Shown here: one piece after another, positions 61,150 through 64,000 of the stretch
Position numbering within the stretch: the stretch's first letter is position 1
Layout: every line of letters starts with the position of its first letter
NCBI GenBank assembly: GCA_965227295.1
Contig: OZ245742.1
Span: 1,600,001-1,664,000 of the forward strand
DNA length: 64,000 nt
Reading direction: 5' to 3'
DNA from: Leptonemataceae bacterium
GTDB taxonomy: Bacteria > Spirochaetota > Leptospiria > Leptospirales > Leptonemataceae
Position numbers and translations under genes: made by a program
Notes under the pieces: model-generated
Database searches by the model: none
What the model was told of the DNA's origin: nothing
What the model saw: the letters and a program-made list of their open reading frames with translations, nothing else

Positions 61150-62229
61150 ATGATCGATCTTTTGATCATCGGTGCCGGGATCGTCGGTTCCTGGGTCGCT
61201 CTGCACGCGGCGCGCCGCGGACTCACCACGGCCGTGTGTGACGTCTCCGCCACCGCCCGCGACGGCATCACCGGGCGCAACTCCGGCGTAATTCACGCGG
61301 GCATCTACTATGCGCCGGACTCGCTCAAGGCCTTTCATTGCATCCGCGGCAAACGCATGCTCCTGGAATTCTGTGAAGCACACGGCGTGCCCCACGCCGT
61401 GTGCGGTAAGCTGATCGTGTCGGGTCGGGACGGCGGCGCGGATGCCGCCGAACGTCTCGAAGCGATCTTCGCCAATGCCACGGCGGCGGGAGCGGAAGAC
61501 CTGGAGATGATCCGCCGTCCTGGTGAAACGTACGCGCATGTCCTCGGTGACGCGGCCATTCATAGCAAGGGCACCGGTGTGGTGGACGCGGCGGCCTATC
61601 ACAAAGCCGTCCGCGATGCGGCCGAAGCCGCGGGAGCCATGTTTCTCATGACGCGCCGGCCGGTGAATGCGGAACCGGGACGCGTGGAGCTGGCAGGGGC
61701 GGACGGGAGCGCGGGCGAAGTCGTCGAAGCCGCGCACATCGTCAACGCCGCGGGTTTGCAGTGCGATGAGGTGGCCCGGCTCTTCGGCGAACAACGTTAC
61801 GAAATTCGACCGAACCGCGGCGAGTACTATCGCCTGCGCTGTTCACTGCCGTATCAAAAATTGATCTACCCCCTGCCGCACACCGACAGTACGGCCCTGG
61901 GTGTCCACTATACGTTTCAGATGAACGGCGAAGCCTACGCCGGCCCGAATTCCGTGTGGGCCGATCACAAAGATGACTACGCCATTACCATGGAGCGGCG
62001 GCGGTTTTTCGAAGGCCTGGCGAACATCCTGGATTGTTACGAAGAGGACGATCTTGCGCCCGGTTACAGCGGCCTGCGCCCGCGCCTGTTTCGGGACGGC
62101 GAGGCCGTGCGCGACTTCGTCCTTGAAGAGAGTCGCGGCGTGATTCATCTCCTGGGCATTGAAAGCCCCGGCCTGACCTCGGCCGCGTCGTTGGGCGAAG
62201 CCGTGGTCACAAAGATTACGGCTGCGTAG
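61150..62229 (+). CDS. FAD-dependent oxidoreductase, L-2-hydroxyglutarate dehydrogenase (LhgO)-like
   Basis: IIGAGIVG, TGRNSGVIHAGIYY, CGKLIV, VNAAGL, RGEY, LGVH, GLRP, GIESPGLTS. Confidence 0.9.
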   Translation: MIDLLIIGAGIVGSWVALHAARRGLTTAVCDVSATARDGITGRNSGVIHAGIYYAPDSLKAFHCIRGKRMLLEFCEAHGVPHAVCGKLIVSGRDGGADAAERLEAIFANATAAGAEDLEMIRRPGETYAHVLGDAAIHSKGTGVVDAAAYHKAVRDAAEAAGAMFLMTRRPVNAEPGRVELAGADGSAGEVVEAAHIVNAAGLQCDEVARLFGEQRYEIRPNRGEYYRLRCSLPYQKLIYPLPHTDSTALGVHYTFQMNGEAYAGPNSVWADHKDDYAITMERRRFFEGLANILDCYEEDDLAPGYSGLRPRLFRDGEAVRDFVLEESRGVIHLLGIESPGLTSAASLGEAVVTKITAA

Positions 62230-62316
62230 CCTTAGGTTCGTAGCGTTTAAAAAAAGCGAGCGCGTTCGTACTTCGGGTTTGACACCGTTCCCGGCCTGCG
62301 GAACATCCATTCGCGG

Positions 62317-63954
62317 ATGGTCCTAAAGTTTTATAACTATTCTGCGGAATCTGTGAGAAACACACAAACCGTGGCGCAAGCGGCCGCGGGGCGCGACGAC
62401 ATCGTCGACCACGGACCACGTCTGATCAATCGCATTCGCCTGGCTCTTTCCGTGTTGTATGTGTTCGGCGTGTTGATGAGTTTTCAATCCAACTCGTCGT
62501 CGCAGAACGTGATCTACTTTCTCGCCATCGGCGTGATGATCGCTTACGGTCTTGCGCTGGAGCTGGCCCACCGCCGGTTTCAGGTGCCGCCCATCGTCGC
62601 GAAGGTTTTCGTCAGCCTGGATGTGCTTGTGCTTTCGGTGGTGTTGTTGGCCGGCGTCCTCGACGCGGAGGGAGCGGTGCTGATCATTCGCTCCACGACG
62701 CTGTACATGATCTTTCTGTTTTATATTGCGTACGCCGCGTTCTTGCACTCGCGCGCTTTTGTTTTGTGGATCGGCGTCCTGTCCGCCTTCGGTTCGGTCG
62801 CGGTGGCCGTCACGGCCGCGAATCATGGCGTCGTTTTTTCCGAGGATCCCGCCCTTGTGCGCGGTGGAATGGCGGAGCCGTTATCCGCCGAGGTGCTCAA
62901 AGCCGTCTTCATGATGGCCGGCGCCTTCATTATCCGCGGCGTGATCGGTACGTTGATTCAACTGCAAGAGCGCTCCGCGGCCGGAGAGAGTACCGCTCGT
63001 TCGTCCCTGGCGAGCCTCGAAGCGTCGCGGTGTTCCATGGCCGCTGCCTCGGGCACCCTGGAATCTCAGGCGGGTTCGTTGAGTCAATTTGTACAGAACT
63101 TTAACGATTCCATTGCCGACCACGCAACGTCCTTCGAAGAGATCAGCGCGGCTATGGAAGAGATGTCCGCGGGGGCCCGGCACGCGGCGGAGTCCGTTAC
63201 CGAACAACGCAAGCGTATCGATCGTTTGAACGAAGAAAGTCAGCGCCTCGGTTCGCTGAACGCCGGCCTGGAAAATCGTTCCGTGGAACTCGACGATACC
63301 GTGAGTGATACGCGTCAGCTCGGCGAGATGGTTACAACCTCCGTCCGCGAACTGGACGATACCCTGTTGGCCATGGTGGAATCTTTTCAGCGCGTGAGCG
63401 CGGTCACCGAGATGATGGCGGAGGTGGCGGATCGCACGAACCTGCTGGCCCTGAATGCTTCCATCGAAGCGGCCCGGGCCGGGGAGGCGGGTCGGGGGTT
63501 CGCCGTGGTTGCAAGCGAGGTCTCGCGCCTGGCCGAGTCGTCGGCGGAGAACGCGCGCAACATTGAAGAGATCGTTCGGGAGAGCAGTGAGCGCAGCAAG
63601 GCCGGACGCGACGCCTCGCAGATGGCCGTGCGCATGGTGGACAAACAGGAAGAGAACTTCGAGAAGATCTTCCAGCGCTTTGAAGACCTCACGAAACTCG
63701 TTCAGGACCAGGGCCTCATCCAACGGGCTTTTCTGGATGACCTGGAAGGCCTGCGCGACCTGGCGGCGGACATCGAACGCACGACGCGGGAACAGAGTTC
63801 CGGCAGCGAAGAGGTCATTCGCAACCTGGGCGGCATGGAACAGTTTCTCAGCGACCTGGTGGACCGGAGCGAGAATCTGCGCGAAAGCATCGCGAAGATC
63901 GATCAGGAGTCCCGGGACTTGCGTCGCCTGGCGGAAGTGGGTGAGGCGGTGTAG
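62317..63954 (+). CDS. Methyl-accepting chemotaxis protein
   Basis: About five TM segments; [30 protein letters not shown]; start may be GTG 62371. Confidence 0.95.
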   Translation: MVLKFYNYSAESVRNTQTVAQAAAGRDDIVDHGPRLINRIRLALSVLYVFGVLMSFQSNSSSQNVIYFLAIGVMIAYGLALELAHRRFQVPPIVAKVFVSLDVLVLSVVLLAGVLDAEGAVLIIRSTTLYMIFLFYIAYAAFLHSRAFVLWIGVLSAFGSVAVAVTAANHGVVFSEDPALVRGGMAEPLSAEVLKAVFMMAGAFIIRGVIGTLIQLQERSAAGESTARSSLASLEASRCSMAAASGTLESQAGSLSQFVQNFNDSIADHATSFEEISAAMEEMSAGARHAAESVTEQRKRIDRLNEESQRLGSLNAGLENRSVELDDTVSDTRQLGEMVTTSVRELDDTLLAMVESFQRVSAVTEMMAEVADRTNLLALNASIEAARAGEAGRGFAVVASEVSRLAESSAENARNIEEIVRESSERSKAGRDASQMAVRMVDKQEENFEKIFQRFEDLTKLVQDQGLIQRAFLDDLEGLRDLAADIERTTREQSSGSEEVIRNLGGMEQFLSDLVDRSENLRESIAKIDQESRDLRRLAEVGEAV

Positions 63955-63974
63955 TTCGTTTTCTGCTTTACACG

Positions 63975-64000
63975 ATGAAAATAGTCCGCATAGAATTGCG
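63975..64000 (+). CDS. Possible start of next gene (MKIVRIEL...)
   Basis: ATG 20 nt after the MCP stop, open to the window edge. Confidence 0.35.

Noticed and set aside
61054..61794. Extension making a 499-aa CPBP ORF
   Set aside because: Mostly antisense to the LhgO-like gene

Overview
GC-rich (roughly 60-65% by eye) bacterial chromosomal segment, most consistent with a Leptospiraceae/Leptospirales spirochaete. The assignment is inferred from CheX, several STAS proteins plus SpoIIE, a DUF1577-like PilZ protein, a long RodA, an FlgD-Ig/OmpA protein and an SH3 lipoprotein. Core genes include monomeric icd, ribE, hslO, a transketolase C-subunit, metK, mreB-mreC-mreD-mrdA-rodA and a phosphosugar mutase. 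These are interleaved with accessory operons: an AttEFGH-like ABC/lipocalin unit, Uma2-NfeD-flotillin, a discoidin-like secreted protein coupled to a pentaheme cytochrome c, a transpeptidase-SpoIID-HExxH peptidase operon, and an SRPBCC-ACT-ferritin-like operon. I found no rRNA, tRNA, CRISPR array, integrase or transposase. Observations read directly from the sequence that go beyond the ORF track: (i) a MarR gene split by a +1 frameshift near a CTT-C site; (ii) two families of short palindromic intergenic elements, each seen twice, one built from GNA-triloop hairpins; (iii) an EamA gene with no ATG/GTG/TTG at its true 5' end, probably a CTG start behind a coupled 8-codon mini-ORF; (iv) a truncated second Uma2 copy. 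The best candidates for undescribed systems are the coupled three-gene cell-wall module and the discoidin/multiheme pair, but their novelty cannot be established without database searches. Many start codons were re-chosen by hand and are approximate.
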